DNA of 64,000 bases, taken from positions 690,925-754,924 of the forward strand of contig OY761158.1 of assembly GCA_963664405.1 (NCBI GenBank). Direction: 5' to 3'. The translations under genes were made by a program, and so were the position numbers. The DNA comes from Thermoanaerobaculia bacterium. Its GTDB lineage: Bacteria > Acidobacteriota > Thermoanaerobaculia > Multivoradales > Multivoraceae. The notes under the pieces were generated by a model. The model saw only the letters and a program-made list of their open reading frames with translations, was not told the origin of the DNA and made no database searches. This document shows positions 27,858-37,843 of the stretch, in pieces. The stretch's first letter is position 1. Each line of letters begins with the position of its first letter.

Positions 27858-28742
27858 TCAGCGCCGGCTCTCCCACCAGCTGCGGACCGTGGTCGCGCCG
27901 AGGACGAGCGCGCCGCCGAGGACCGCAAAGGTGCCGGGCCGCTCATGATGAATCCACCAAACGAGGAGAACACTGAGCACCGGTTCGAGAAGGATGAAGA
28001 GAGAGGCCTCGAGGGCGCGCACACGCCGGAGAGCCGCAGTGAGAAAAACGTAGCCAAGAGCGATCTGAAAGATGCCGAGAAACAACACGATCGCCCAGTC
28101 TTGCCCGGTCGAGTCCCGAACTGGAATGGCAAGCGGAAAAGCCACCCCAAAAGCCAGGAAGTTCCCGCAAACGACTGCGGCGGCAGAGGCGCCGACCGGA
28201 TCGGGATCGGTGAGCTGAATGTGGCGCAAGCCCATCAGAGTGAGCGCCCAGGTGAGGCCGGAGATCGCGGCGAGAATGTTGCCGGAGGCCGGGTCCGGGG
28301 CGGTCTCGAAGGGAGTGTCCAGTCCGACGAAGAAGGCCGCCGTGCCTGCCGCGAGGACAGCCATGAAGACCAGATCGGAGCGGTGAGGCCTCTCACGAAG
28401 AAAGCGTGGCCCCAGCAGCAGAATATAGAGAGGTGCGCTGGATTGAAGAAGGATGGCGTTGGCCGCGGTCGTCAGCTTGTTGGCATGCACGAAGAGCAGA
28501 AGCGTCGCAGCCTGGGCTGCTCCCACCGCCACCAGCTTGAGCGTCCAGGGTCGGCGCGCTCTCGGCACCATCGCCAACAGCGCCAAAGCGCCGACCAAGG
28601 ATCGCGAGCTCCCCACTTGCCAGCTCGAGAGCTCGGTCGCCTTGATCGCGGCTCCGCCGGTCGAGAAGAGCACCGCGCCGGCGATGAGGAGGAGATAAGC
28701 GGCCCCTGGAGAAGAGAGGCGACGTCTCAGCCGGTGAGGCAA
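27858..28742 (-). CDS. DMT superfamily transporter (EamA-like)
   Basis: 294 aa, ~10 TM helices in two EamA-like halves. Confidence 0.7.
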   Translation of the reverse strand: MPHRLRRRLSSPGAAYLLLIAGAVLFSTGGAAIKATELSSWQVGSSRSLVGALALLAMVPRARRPWTLKLVAVGAAQAATLLLFVHANKLTTAANAILLQSSAPLYILLLGPRFLRERPHRSDLVFMAVLAAGTAAFFVGLDTPFETAPDPASGNILAAISGLTWALTLMGLRHIQLTDPDPVGASAAAVVCGNFLAFGVAFPLAIPVRDSTGQDWAIVLFLGIFQIALGYVFLTAALRRVRALEASLFILLEPVLSVLLVWWIHHERPGTFAVLGGALVLGATTVRSWWESRR

Positions 28743-28794
28743 GATTCGCCGATCTTAGCCCAGGGCGAAAGGAGGCGCCTTCTGGGGGCTATAA

Positions 28795-30387
28795 ATGGCA
28801 AAATGGGCCGGCCACATGAAGATCGAGAAGACAATCATGAGAGCGAAGCTGCGCGCCCTGATCATCACCTGCCTCGTGTTGCTCGGAGTGGGACTCCCAG
28901 CCATCGCTCGAGCAGAGCTCAAGACCTCGCCTCTTCTGCCTCGTATCGTCAACGGGGTGTCGACGCCGGACTACCCTACTGCCGCGGCGATTCTCGAGGG
29001 CACCTCTAGTGTCCAGTTCTGTAGCGGCGTGCTGGTCGGCTGTCAGACCGTGCTCACTGCCGCCCACTGCGTGTGCCAACAAGGCGGAGCTGAATGCCAG
29101 CCGGGGGGGGCCGCCCTGTCGGACCCCGAAGACGTCAACGTCTTCCTCCCCCACGCAGGTTTCTTCTCAGTTGCAGACATTCAGATTCCCGCCGGTTTCG
29201 AGTTCGGAGTGCGGGAAGATGTCGCGATGTTGAAGCTGGCCGAACCGGTGACCGGCATTACACCCTCCCGACTCAACTCCATCGCCCCCCTGGGCATCGG
29301 CGAGAGCGCCGACATCGTCGGCTTCGGGCTCGCCACCGAAGCCCCCTTCGACAATGGGATCAAGCGGGCCGGAGCCATCGAAACGAGCTCGTGTACGGTG
29401 GTCGGTGCCGACCAGTACATCTGCTGGGAGTTTGACGCCCCTCTCGGAGAGCCAGGCGCAGACACCAACACCTGTTTTGGTGACTCAGGCGGGCCGCTAT
29501 TCGACGACTTCGGTAGCGGTGAGGTGGTCGCCGGTCTTGGATCCGGAGGGGTTCGAGCGGACTGCCAACCCGACGATCAACCCTTCGATCTCGATATCTT
29601 TGCGAATCTCGACTGGATCCTCGCCAATGGCGGCCCCGATCTCGCCGCCGGCCAATGTGGCTCCCTTCCGCCGGTGGATGGCCCCGCAGCTCTGGCGATC
29701 AACGAAAACGGCAACCTCGATTCCGACGAGCTCGATCGGACTTTCGAAGTGCCAGCGGGCACCCACTCCCTTCGCGTCGGCCTCAACGGCGAAGAGGGCC
29801 TACTCTTTAATGACTTCGACCTGACGGTCTCCCAAGGAGCGCCTCCTCCTAGCGGACCCGCCGCGTGCACTTCGACCAAGTTCGGGACTTTCGAGTTCTG
29901 CGAGATCGACGAACCGGCGGCCGGGACCTGGAACGCGAGGGTCACCAATCTCAACGGCGAAGGGGAATACCAGCTCACGATCACGATGCTTCGAGCCATC
30001 GACCTGGGACCCTGCATTCCCGACCTGACGACTCTCTGTATCGACGATGAGGAGGGAGACGGGCGCTTCGAGGTAACCATCTCCTGGGATACTTCCCAGG
30101 CCGGCGGTCAAGCAGGTCAAGGCCGAGTGATCGAGCTCGCCCCGGTCGGCATCGACTTCGGGGGTGCCTTCTGGTTCTTCGACGAGCGCAACCCGGAGGT
30201 CCTGCTCAAGGTGCTCAACGCTTGCTCGGTCAACGGCAATTACTGGGTCTTCTGGTCAGCCGGCACCAACGTCCGACTGGTGGTTACCGTCCTCGACCGC
30301 AAGACCGGCGAGCAAAGGGTCTACTTCAACCCGGACCGCAATCCGGCCGCGCCGGTGACCGACACCAGCGCCTTCCTCTGTATCTAG
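28795..30387 (+). CDS. Secreted trypsin-like (S1 family) serine protease with C-terminal beta-rich extension domain
   Basis: IVNG N-terminus of the mature protease, TAAHC (His), GDSGGPL (Ser) motifs; signal peptide; C-terminal ~200 aa pre-peptidase/PPC-like region. The true start may be the Met at 28816 or 28837. Confidence 0.8.
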   Translation: MAKWAGHMKIEKTIMRAKLRALIITCLVLLGVGLPAIARAELKTSPLLPRIVNGVSTPDYPTAAAILEGTSSVQFCSGVLVGCQTVLTAAHCVCQQGGAECQPGGAALSDPEDVNVFLPHAGFFSVADIQIPAGFEFGVREDVAMLKLAEPVTGITPSRLNSIAPLGIGESADIVGFGLATEAPFDNGIKRAGAIETSSCTVVGADQYICWEFDAPLGEPGADTNTCFGDSGGPLFDDFGSGEVVAGLGSGGVRADCQPDDQPFDLDIFANLDWILANGGPDLAAGQCGSLPPVDGPAALAINENGNLDSDELDRTFEVPAGTHSLRVGLNGEEGLLFNDFDLTVSQGAPPPSGPAACTSTKFGTFEFCEIDEPAAGTWNARVTNLNGEGEYQLTITMLRAIDLGPCIPDLTTLCIDDEEGDGRFEVTISWDTSQAGGQAGQGRVIELAPVGIDFGGAFWFFDERNPEVLLKVLNACSVNGNYWVFWSAGTNVRLVVTVLDRKTGEQRVYFNPDRNPAAPVTDTSAFLCI

Positions 30388-30548
30388 TGCCGTGTCTCCG
30401 ACATGGCTTACAAGATCTCGGCCCCTTTTGCCCGCTGCCGTCGTCACGACTCGTCGACATATTCCCAATATGCCTGCCTCGTCGCTCCTTGACAGCGAAC
30501 AAAATGACCTCGAGCTCTTGGCAAGCCATGTCGGAGACACGACACTAG
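30384..30548. mobile_element. MITE-like palindromic element, copy 2 (short variant)
   Basis: TIR ctagtgccgtgtctccgacatggctt / aagccatgtcggagacacgacactag; central hairpin catattcccaatatg. It is the near-exact reverse complement of copy 3 (37844..38019). Confidence 0.75.
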
Positions 30549-30567
30549 CGCCGTCGGTCCGACCCGT

Positions 30568-31167
30568 TCACCGAGTCCTGCGGGACCGTTGTCTGTCCGA
30601 GACGGCTACCTCGCTGAAGTGAACCCGTGGATCCTCGTCGCCGACGACATCCGCGTAGAAGGTTCGAACGTTGACGCCGTCGAGCGAGAAATGGATCGTA
30701 CGTGCCGCCTTGATCAGATGATCGCGTTGGATCTCTTGTAGCGAGCTCCCCGCGAGTCGACGGGTTACTCGACCGACGAGCTCCACCTTACCGGCCCTGT
30801 ATCCGCCACAATCCTCATGCGCGATGCAGAGCACATCACGCACCCCGGTGAGCTCGACCGCCTTGGCGACCAGACGCCCCGCGGCCTTGGAAAGAAAACC
30901 GATCGCCGCGACCATGGAGTGCATGATCGCGACCCCGCCAGGTAGCGAAAGGACGTGCGGCTGCTCGTATCCGAGACTGTGAACGAACTCTAGAGCCTGC
31001 CGCCGGAAGCGATGATCGGAGCACATCACCACCAGGCAGTCGGCCTCACCGCTCTCCATCGGGATGGTGCTGGTGAAGCCTGCCTCCGCTGAGAGTGCCC
31101 CGACCGCGGAATCGAGTGGCGCAGCGGCGGCCGGTGGCGTTGGAACCGCATCCATCGAATCACTCAT
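30568..31167 (-). CDS. Beta-class carbonic anhydrase-like protein (divergent), last gene of the flotillin operon
   Basis: CSDHR (CxDxR) and IAHEDCGG (HxxCGG) at beta-CA-like spacing; ~200 aa. Start at MSDSMD (overlaps the flotillin stop by 8 bp) or 4 codons later. Confidence 0.5.
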   Translation of the reverse strand: MSDSMDAVPTPPAAAAPLDSAVGALSAEAGFTSTIPMESGEADCLVVMCSDHRFRRQALEFVHSLGYEQPHVLSLPGGVAIMHSMVAAIGFLSKAAGRLVAKAVELTGVRDVLCIAHEDCGGYRAGKVELVGRVTRRLAGSSLQEIQRDHLIKAARTIHFSLDGVNVRTFYADVVGDEDPRVHFSEVAVSDRQRSRRTR

Positions 31168-32842
31168 AGGTCTCTTCCGCGCCGGTCGCCTGGACCACCT
31201 CATCGTCCCGCTCCGTTAGCGCCCCGCCGACAAGACCGCTGAGATCGATTCCCGCCTTCTCGAGCAATTCGTCGACATCGATGCCCAAAGCGCCCAATTT
31301 TTGCAAGAAGCCGAAGGCGACTTCGGGCATCGAGCCGGCGAAGCGAGCGATCGGCGTCGAGGAGTCATTTCCGTTGCCACCCAGATCCACGATCCGTACC
31401 TCGTCGATCTTGGAGAGCCCCATACCAAGGTTCTCGAACACGGCTGCTGCGATCTTTTCGCCGGCCTCACCCGCGTGCTCGATAATGCCAGGCAGCAGCT
31501 CCAGGGTGATAACAGCTCTGGCACCGGCCGAGAGTGAAGCGAGTGCCGCATTCTTCTCCTCGAGGCCTTTAGCCTCTGCGTGGAGTAGAGCGAGCTTGGC
31601 GGCTCCCTCCGCCTCACCCTGGGCCTTGGTGCCCTCGGCCTGCGCCAGCAGCATTGCTCGCTGACCTTCAGCTTCAGCCTGCTTTTCACGCTCGAGCGCC
31701 GCGGCAGCCGCCTTGCGCCCCTCCGCCTCGGCCGTCAGCTTGGCCTGCTCACCCTGCCCTGCCTTCTCCGCAAGGATCCGTCGGGCCTCTCCTTCCAACT
31801 GGGCCGCCTCCTGCTCCGCGTTGGCGCGAATGATCCGCGCTTCCTTTTCTCGCTCCGCGCTGACGATGACCGACGCTCTAAGCTCGGCATCTTTGCGCTC
31901 CCTCTCTTTCTCCTGGAGCCGGGTCCGCGCTTCGACCTCAGCCTCTTCCGCTGCGACTTCGGCCACCTTGTAGGCCTTGCTCTCCTGGGCGCGGGCCGTC
32001 TCTGCACGGACCTCGATGCGTGCCTGCTCCGCCTGCACACTGGCGTCGTTCTCGGCAATTCGCACGTCCCGCGCGCGATTCGCGTCGGAGATCGCCTGCT
32101 GCGCCACCGCCTGGGCCGTTTCTCCCTCTCGACGAGCATCCGCCGACCGAACTGAAGCATCGCGGTGAGCTTCTGCTTCGGCGATCTCGGCGTCCCGCTT
32201 CACCTCGGCGGTACGCTTCTTTCCGAGCGCATCGATATACCCCTCGTTGTCGGTGATCCTCTGCACCACGAAGTTGTCGAGCTGGAAACCGAGCTTGTTG
32301 AGCTCACCGCGGGCGACGTCGAGCACCTGCTGCGAGATCTTCTCCCGATCGGTCACGATGTCCTCAACCGTCAAGGTACCAACGATCTGGCGTAGCTGAC
32401 CCTCGAGAGTGGTCTCACAGATCTGGTGCACCTGGTCCGTGCCCATCTCCAGTAAGCGCTCGACGGCAGCGGAGAGAAGCTCCGGGTCGCTGGACACCTT
32501 CATGTTCGCCAGGGCGTCGACCGTGACCAGAACACCGTCGACGTTGGGAGTCTCGGAGACACTGAACGGTACTTGGAATGTGTTCAGCACGATCCTCTGC
32601 ACCCGTTCGAGAACGGGCATCACAAAGGTCGCGCCACCGATGATCAGGCGATAACCGCGCTCGATGCGCGACTTGTCCCCTGTCGTCGGGTCGATGATCT
32701 CGATCATGCGCTTGCGACCGTAGACGACAAGCACCTCGTTTGGAGCACACCTCTTGTAACGCCTCGAGAAGAGAGCCACCAAACTCACTACGGCAAGCGC
32801 CAATCCGACGATCACGACAGGAATCAATAATCCAGAAAACAT
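31160..32842 (-). CDS. Flotillin family protein (SPFH/band 7 domain, YqiK-like)
   Basis: N-terminal TM, SPFH domain, then a long Ala/Glu-rich coiled-coil (EAEAHRDASVRSADARREGETAQAVAQQ...); 560 aa. Confidence 0.85.
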   Translation of the reverse strand: MFSGLLIPVVIVGLALAVVSLVALFSRRYKRCAPNEVLVVYGRKRMIEIIDPTTGDKSRIERGYRLIIGGATFVMPVLERVQRIVLNTFQVPFSVSETPNVDGVLVTVDALANMKVSSDPELLSAAVERLLEMGTDQVHQICETTLEGQLRQIVGTLTVEDIVTDREKISQQVLDVARGELNKLGFQLDNFVVQRITDNEGYIDALGKKRTAEVKRDAEIAEAEAHRDASVRSADARREGETAQAVAQQAISDANRARDVRIAENDASVQAEQARIEVRAETARAQESKAYKVAEVAAEEAEVEARTRLQEKERERKDAELRASVIVSAEREKEARIIRANAEQEAAQLEGEARRILAEKAGQGEQAKLTAEAEGRKAAAAALEREKQAEAEGQRAMLLAQAEGTKAQGEAEGAAKLALLHAEAKGLEEKNAALASLSAGARAVITLELLPGIIEHAGEAGEKIAAAVFENLGMGLSKIDEVRIVDLGGNGNDSSTPIARFAGSMPEVAFGFLQKLGALGIDVDELLEKAGIDLSGLVGGALTERDDEVVQATGAEETYE

Positions 32843-32882
32843 GCTTCCTCCTCTCTCTACCCGTCGATCGCCGCGCTTCTCG

Positions 32883-33476
32883 CTAGACCTTCGAAACGAC
32901 GACCCTGCCGCCGATGTATAGGTCTACCTTGACGCGTGCTCCGCTGGGTATGGCTTCATCGAGCTCCGATGTCGCCATCTTGTTCATCTGAGTGCCGGAA
33001 ACGCTCAACATGACTTCTCCCAGTCTTCCCGGCAGGATTGAAGTCGTTACGACACCCGAAGCACCGACGATCTCCGCCGGCGTCACCATCGAGCTGGCCT
33101 GCTGCTTCAAGAAGATACGGAACATCGCCAAACAGGCAAAGGCGAAGATCCCACCAGACATCGCACCGGCGACCGACGAGAATAGAACTTTCCCGTAGAG
33201 ATGCTGCACGATATAGGCCACACCACCGAAGCCGACCATCATCAGCGAGGCCCCACGGATCGAGAGCATTCCCGGACCGTGAGCGTCTCCCGCTCCGTGG
33301 GCTCCGCCATGATCAGCGTCATAATCGAAGTCACCCTCGTCGGCATCGAAATCACTGTCCGCATCTCCCCCGAAAATCAGGGAGAAGAGCGTGAAGACCA
33401 TGCCGGCGAGAAAAATGGAGAAGAAGGTAATCTGAGCGAGAGATCCTTCAAACAAGGACAACACGAACTTGGCCAT
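32883..33476 (-). CDS. NfeD-like membrane protein (YqiJ/YuaF-type partner of flotillin)
   Basis: N-terminal TM helices, acidic linker (DADSDFDADEGDFDYDAD), C-terminal OB-fold-like tail; positioned directly upstream of flotillin. Confidence 0.7.
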   Translation of the reverse strand: MAKFVLSLFEGSLAQITFFSIFLAGMVFTLFSLIFGGDADSDFDADEGDFDYDADHGGAHGAGDAHGPGMLSIRGASLMMVGFGGVAYIVQHLYGKVLFSSVAGAMSGGIFAFACLAMFRIFLKQQASSMVTPAEIVGASGVVTTSILPGRLGEVMLSVSGTQMNKMATSELDEAIPSGARVKVDLYIGGRVVVSKV

Positions 33477-33479
33477 CCC

Positions 33480-34157
33480 TTAGTTCCTTTCCATTCTTGT
33501 ATTCCTCAGCGTTCTCTCTTCGCTCTCGAAGCGGTGAAACTCTACTCGACTGCCCAGCTTCTCGGCGTAGTAGAGCTCGACCTCGGTAGTGGGGAACCAC
33601 TCGAGGAGAGCGTTCCGAGCCGCAAAGATCTGATCTTCTTGCAGCACCCTGATCCGCTCGGGATTATCCATCCAAGCGCCGACGGTGTCGTAGATCAGGC
33701 ATTCCGAGTGCCCGACTAGTACTACGCGCGACGGCGAAAATTGTTCGAGTGCCCTTCTAAGAGCTCGTTGCGGAGCCTGCAGCACCGTAGGCAGCTCGAC
33801 GTCGGCCAGGGCGAGCACCATCGGGCCCCCGGGAACGGGCAACGGCTCGGTCGAGATATCGAGCTCTTTCGCAAACTTCTGAAACGCCTCCTGGAAGAGC
33901 TCCTCGTTGCAGTAGACGATCAAGTCCGCGCCTTCGCGCTCCCTGATCTCCACGGCAAACACGCCTTCGCTCCCCCCATCGTCGACAACGACAGTTCGCA
34001 CTTCCTTGGTAGTTTCCTCCAAGTACCAGACGGCGTAGAGAATGAGTCCACAGACGACCGCAACGACCAAGAAGGTAAGGGGAACTCGAAGCCTCTGTGG
34101 AATCGTCAGCGCAAGAACTCCATTCGCGGCGCCGGCCTGAAACTCATCGAAGGCCAC
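33480..34157 (-). CDS. Membrane-anchored paralog of the beta-CA-like protein (degenerate metal-site motifs), first gene of the flotillin operon
   Basis: ADLIVYCNEELFQEAFQKFAKELDISTEPLPVPGGPMVLAL...VVLVGHSECL aligns with ADCLVVMCSDHRFRRQALEFVHSLGYEQPHVLSLPGGVAIMH...VLCIAHEDCGG of 30568..31167. N-terminal TM (LTFLVVAVVCGLILYAVWYL). Confidence 0.5.
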   Translation of the reverse strand: MAFDEFQAGAANGVLALTIPQRLRVPLTFLVVAVVCGLILYAVWYLEETTKEVRTVVVDDGGSEGVFAVEIREREGADLIVYCNEELFQEAFQKFAKELDISTEPLPVPGGPMVLALADVELPTVLQAPQRALRRALEQFSPSRVVLVGHSECLIYDTVGAWMDNPERIRVLQEDQIFAARNALLEWFPTTEVELYYAEKLGSRVEFHRFESEERTLRNTRMERN

Positions 34158-34235
34158 AGGATTGTACTCCTTCGAGATCTACAGACCCTGGGGTCGGCCA
34201 GGTTGACAGGCACCGGCGTGCTAGCGTCCGCTACG

Positions 34236-36122
34236 ATGATTCCGTACCGCTGGGTTGGCCTGGTTGCGCTCGTCGGCTGCTCTGGGCCGGGCACAAGCGA
34301 ACGCGGGCCCGTCCGGGAAATGGGTTCCGCAGCGCCGGTGAATCAGGGACCCGTCTCGGCCGCCGCCGAGGCACTAGAGGTAACGGTGCCGAAATACCCG
34401 CTCGGCAATGCCTACTTTGGCGACCTACATGTCCACACCGCCTACTCGCTGGACAGCTATATCTTCGGCAATCGCCTCCTGCCGCGGGACGCCTACAGAT
34501 TCGCCCGAGGCGAAGCCCTGGTACTGCGCGGCGGTGTGCGGCAGCAGCTCCGGGCCCCCCTCGACTTCGCCGCGGTCACCGACCATGCAGAGCTTTTCGG
34601 GGTCTACGCGGTCTGCGACGACAAAGGGCATCCGGCGTACTCGCATCCGATGTGCACGGGCATTCGCGACGGCGACATGGCCGTCTTCCGAGAGGGCTTC
34701 CACAACCTGAGTCAGCGACCGCCGCTGCCCTTCCGAGTCTGCGAAGACGGCGTCGACTGCCGCTCCGAAGCCGTCGGTCCCTGGCGAGAGCTGCAGCGGA
34801 TCGCCCAGGAGTTCAACCAGCCTGGCACCTTCACGAGCCTCATCGGCTACGAGTACACGCCGAGCCTCGCTGACGGGGGAATGCTTCATCGCAACGTGAT
34901 CTTCCGTGGCACGGCGGTCACCCAGGAGGCGCTCTCGTATTACGACCTCGCTACCAAGGCCGATCTCTGGCGGTGGTTGGAGGAAGCCTGCACCGGAGAG
35001 TGCGAGGTGCTCGCCATTCCCCACAACACCAACTACACCTGGGGCCTCGGCTTTGCCGAGACCAACGTCGACGGACAGCCCTACAGCCAGGAAGACTGGC
35101 GGCGTCGAGCACAGACAGAGCCTCTGGTCGAGCTCATCCAGCACAAGGGCAGCTCCGAGTGCGCGCTGAGCCTGGGGTCCAGTGACGAGGAGTGCGCCTT
35201 CGAGCAGATGTTCCCTGCCTGCGACGAGGGTCAAGAGACGCGCTGTGCCCGCCACGGCTCGTTCGTCCGCGACGCACTGAAGAGAGGCCTCGAGCTGGAA
35301 GTCGAGCTCGGCCTGAACCCGTTCAAGCTCGGCTTCATCGGCTCTACCGACACCCACAACGCCATTGCCGGTTCCACCGATGAAGCGCGATTCGAAGGTC
35401 ATAGCGCCGACAACGACAACACTCCATCGAGGCGACGAGGCAGCAGCATCGCAAGTCCGCGCTACCGCTTCAATCCGGGAGGGTTGGCGGGGGTCTGGGC
35501 GGAGTCGAACACGCGAGAAGCCATCTTCGACGCGCTGCGGCGGAGAGAGACCTTCGCCACAAGTGGCCCTCGAATCGCGGTCCGCTTCTTCGGCGGCACC
35601 GAGCTCGAGGCAGACCTCGCGGATCGCCGTGACTCGATCGAGCAAGCCCATGCAGTCGGCGTCCCGATGGGAGGTGACATCCGCTCGGCGACGACTGGCA
35701 GTGCACTACGCTTCCTGGTCTGGGCGGTCAAGGACCCCGCGGGAGCTCGCCTGCAACGAGTTCAGGTGGTAAAGGGCTGGGTGGCCAACGGAGAGATGCA
35801 GGAGGCCGTGATCGACGTCGCCTGTTCTGACGGGCTCCAGCCCGACCCCACCACCCGACGCTGTCCGGACAATGGGGCCGACGTCGATCTGAGTGACTGC
35901 AGCCTATCGACCACTGGCGGTGACAGCGAGCTCAGCGTAGTGTGGACCGATCCGGACTTCGACCCTTCGCAGCGGGCCTTCTATTACGCCCGAGTGCTCG
36001 AGAACCCCTCCTGCCGTTGGACTACCTGGGAGTCCTTGAGCACGGGAGTCGATCCTCCTGGCGATGTCGCTGCGATCATTCAGGAACGGGCCTGGTCCTC
36101 CCCGATCTGGTACACGCCTTGA
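34236..36122 (+). CDS. DUF3604 family lipoprotein (putative metal-dependent hydrolase)
   Basis: Start at MIPYRWVGLVALVGCSG (lipobox). YFGDLHVHTAYSLDSY is the DUF3604 hallmark; 628 aa. The 5' part of ORF 33741.. is antisense to the upstream gene and rejected. Confidence 0.65.
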   Translation: MIPYRWVGLVALVGCSGPGTSERGPVREMGSAAPVNQGPVSAAAEALEVTVPKYPLGNAYFGDLHVHTAYSLDSYIFGNRLLPRDAYRFARGEALVLRGGVRQQLRAPLDFAAVTDHAELFGVYAVCDDKGHPAYSHPMCTGIRDGDMAVFREGFHNLSQRPPLPFRVCEDGVDCRSEAVGPWRELQRIAQEFNQPGTFTSLIGYEYTPSLADGGMLHRNVIFRGTAVTQEALSYYDLATKADLWRWLEEACTGECEVLAIPHNTNYTWGLGFAETNVDGQPYSQEDWRRRAQTEPLVELIQHKGSSECALSLGSSDEECAFEQMFPACDEGQETRCARHGSFVRDALKRGLELEVELGLNPFKLGFIGSTDTHNAIAGSTDEARFEGHSADNDNTPSRRRGSSIASPRYRFNPGGLAGVWAESNTREAIFDALRRRETFATSGPRIAVRFFGGTELEADLADRRDSIEQAHAVGVPMGGDIRSATTGSALRFLVWAVKDPAGARLQRVQVVKGWVANGEMQEAVIDVACSDGLQPDPTTRRCPDNGADVDLSDCSLSTTGGDSELSVVWTDPDFDPSQRAFYYARVLENPSCRWTTWESLSTGVDPPGDVAAIIQERAWSSPIWYTP

Positions 36123-36170
36123 TCTCCGGCCCTCGCTGACAATGGCTCAGTCAAGAGGAGAATCGAGCCA

Positions 36171-37826
36171 ATGAGAACATCAACAGCTATCTGCCGACTC
36201 GGACTCGCCTTCGGCGCCCTGCTGGCACCGGCACCCCAAACTCTGGCGAGTGAGCCAATCTTCCCTTTCGAGGTCCGCGAGGTCTCGATCCCGATGGCCG
36301 ACGGCGAACGGCTGTTTGGGAATCTCTACCTTTCGGGAGAGGGGCAACATCCGGCGATCGTCACCATCACTCAGTCTGCGGCAAAGAGCTGGTATAGATC
36401 CCATCTTCCCCGAGCTTCCTTCGCCCGCTCCGGCGATTACGCGGTCCTCTTCGTCAACACCCGCGGCAGGGGGGCCTCCAGAAACCTCAAGCGCAGAGGA
36501 GGCCGAAACCCCTTCGGCCAAGACGGCTACGACGTCATCGAATGGGTGGCGAGCCAGCCCTGGAACAACGGCAAGGTCGGTATGTGGGGAGGATCCAACG
36601 AGGGCAAGAATCAGTACGCGACAGCTCAGGCCCAGCCGCCCCACCTGGTCTGCATCATGCCGGCCATGACGACAACCAACACCAAAGAGAAAGGCGACCT
36701 CTCCCGAAGCTACGAGCAGCTCTATCGGGGAGGAGTGCTACGTCACGAGCTCATCGATCGCCTTCCCTCTGAGAGCCCAGAGGTTCAGCAGGTTCTGGCC
36801 CACCCCCTCTATGACCCCTCGTTCTGGGAGCGAAGAGAGCCTGACGCCCCGACGGTCGCCGACATCGAGGTTCCGGTGATGGCCATCGGCGGGTGGTTCG
36901 ACAACGACGTAAACCGTGCCAGCCTCAGAACATTCGAGTCTCTCTTGAGTGCGGCGAGCAATGAGCTGCGCCCTCAGCATCGATTGCTGATCGGCCCCTG
37001 GACACACACCGGCATGTACATTGACGGCCTCCACGGCCAGCTCTCCTACGACAACACCGCAGAGCTGTACCAGCAGCGCGAGAAGCAGTTCTTCGATCAT
37101 TGGCTCCGCTCGATCGACAACGGCGAGCCCGAGACCCCCGCCATCACCTACTACGAGATGGGCGCCAACCGCTGGCAGACCACCCAGGACTGGCCACCCG
37201 GCGGCATGCGCGAAGTCTCGTTCTTCCTACACCCGGATCGATCGCTATCGGCCGCGCCAACCGCCGCCGATGCCGCCCCGCTGGCCTTTACCAGTGATCC
37301 TGACAACCCAGTTCCCACCGTGGGAGGCCAGAACAAGACAAGAGTCGCAGAGAAGGGGTCTTGGGACCAGCGAGAAAAGGTAGAGGGTCATCCCGATGTC
37401 CTCACCTTCTCCACCGCCCCCCTCGAGCGCGATCTGGCGATCGCCGGCGACCTCACCCTCCGTATCCATCTCTCTTCCGATGCGGAAGACACCGACATCG
37501 CCTTTCGACTCACCGATGTCCATCCCGATGGTCGCTCCATGCTTCTCCGCGATGGCATTCTCCGCCTCAGCCTGCGAAATTCCTTCGAGCGCTACGAGTT
37601 TCTGACCCCGGGCGAGATCTATAAGGCAACTGTAGAGACTATTCCCGTCGCCCACACTTTCAAGTCGGGACACAGGGTGCGCCTGGTCCTCTCGGGAAGC
37701 AACTATCCTCGCTGGGAAGTGAGCGGAAATACCCGAGACAAGAACGCCGCCCCAAAGGTAGCCACCAACACCCTCCATCTCACTCCCGAGCACCCGACGC
37801 ACCTGATACTGCCGGTAGTGGAGTGA
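36171..37826 (+). CDS. CocE/NonD family hydrolase (X-Pro dipeptidyl-peptidase S15-like), secreted
   Basis: Signal peptide; alpha/beta hydrolase N-domain plus C-terminal beta-sandwich typical of CocE/NonD; 551 aa. Confidence 0.7.
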   Translation: MRTSTAICRLGLAFGALLAPAPQTLASEPIFPFEVREVSIPMADGERLFGNLYLSGEGQHPAIVTITQSAAKSWYRSHLPRASFARSGDYAVLFVNTRGRGASRNLKRRGGRNPFGQDGYDVIEWVASQPWNNGKVGMWGGSNEGKNQYATAQAQPPHLVCIMPAMTTTNTKEKGDLSRSYEQLYRGGVLRHELIDRLPSESPEVQQVLAHPLYDPSFWERREPDAPTVADIEVPVMAIGGWFDNDVNRASLRTFESLLSAASNELRPQHRLLIGPWTHTGMYIDGLHGQLSYDNTAELYQQREKQFFDHWLRSIDNGEPETPAITYYEMGANRWQTTQDWPPGGMREVSFFLHPDRSLSAAPTAADAAPLAFTSDPDNPVPTVGGQNKTRVAEKGSWDQREKVEGHPDVLTFSTAPLERDLAIAGDLTLRIHLSSDAEDTDIAFRLTDVHPDGRSMLLRDGILRLSLRNSFERYEFLTPGEIYKATVETIPVAHTFKSGHRVRLVLSGSNYPRWEVSGNTRDKNAAPKVATNTLHLTPEHPTHLILPVVE

Positions 37827-37843
37827 TGGAACAAAGTCGAGAC

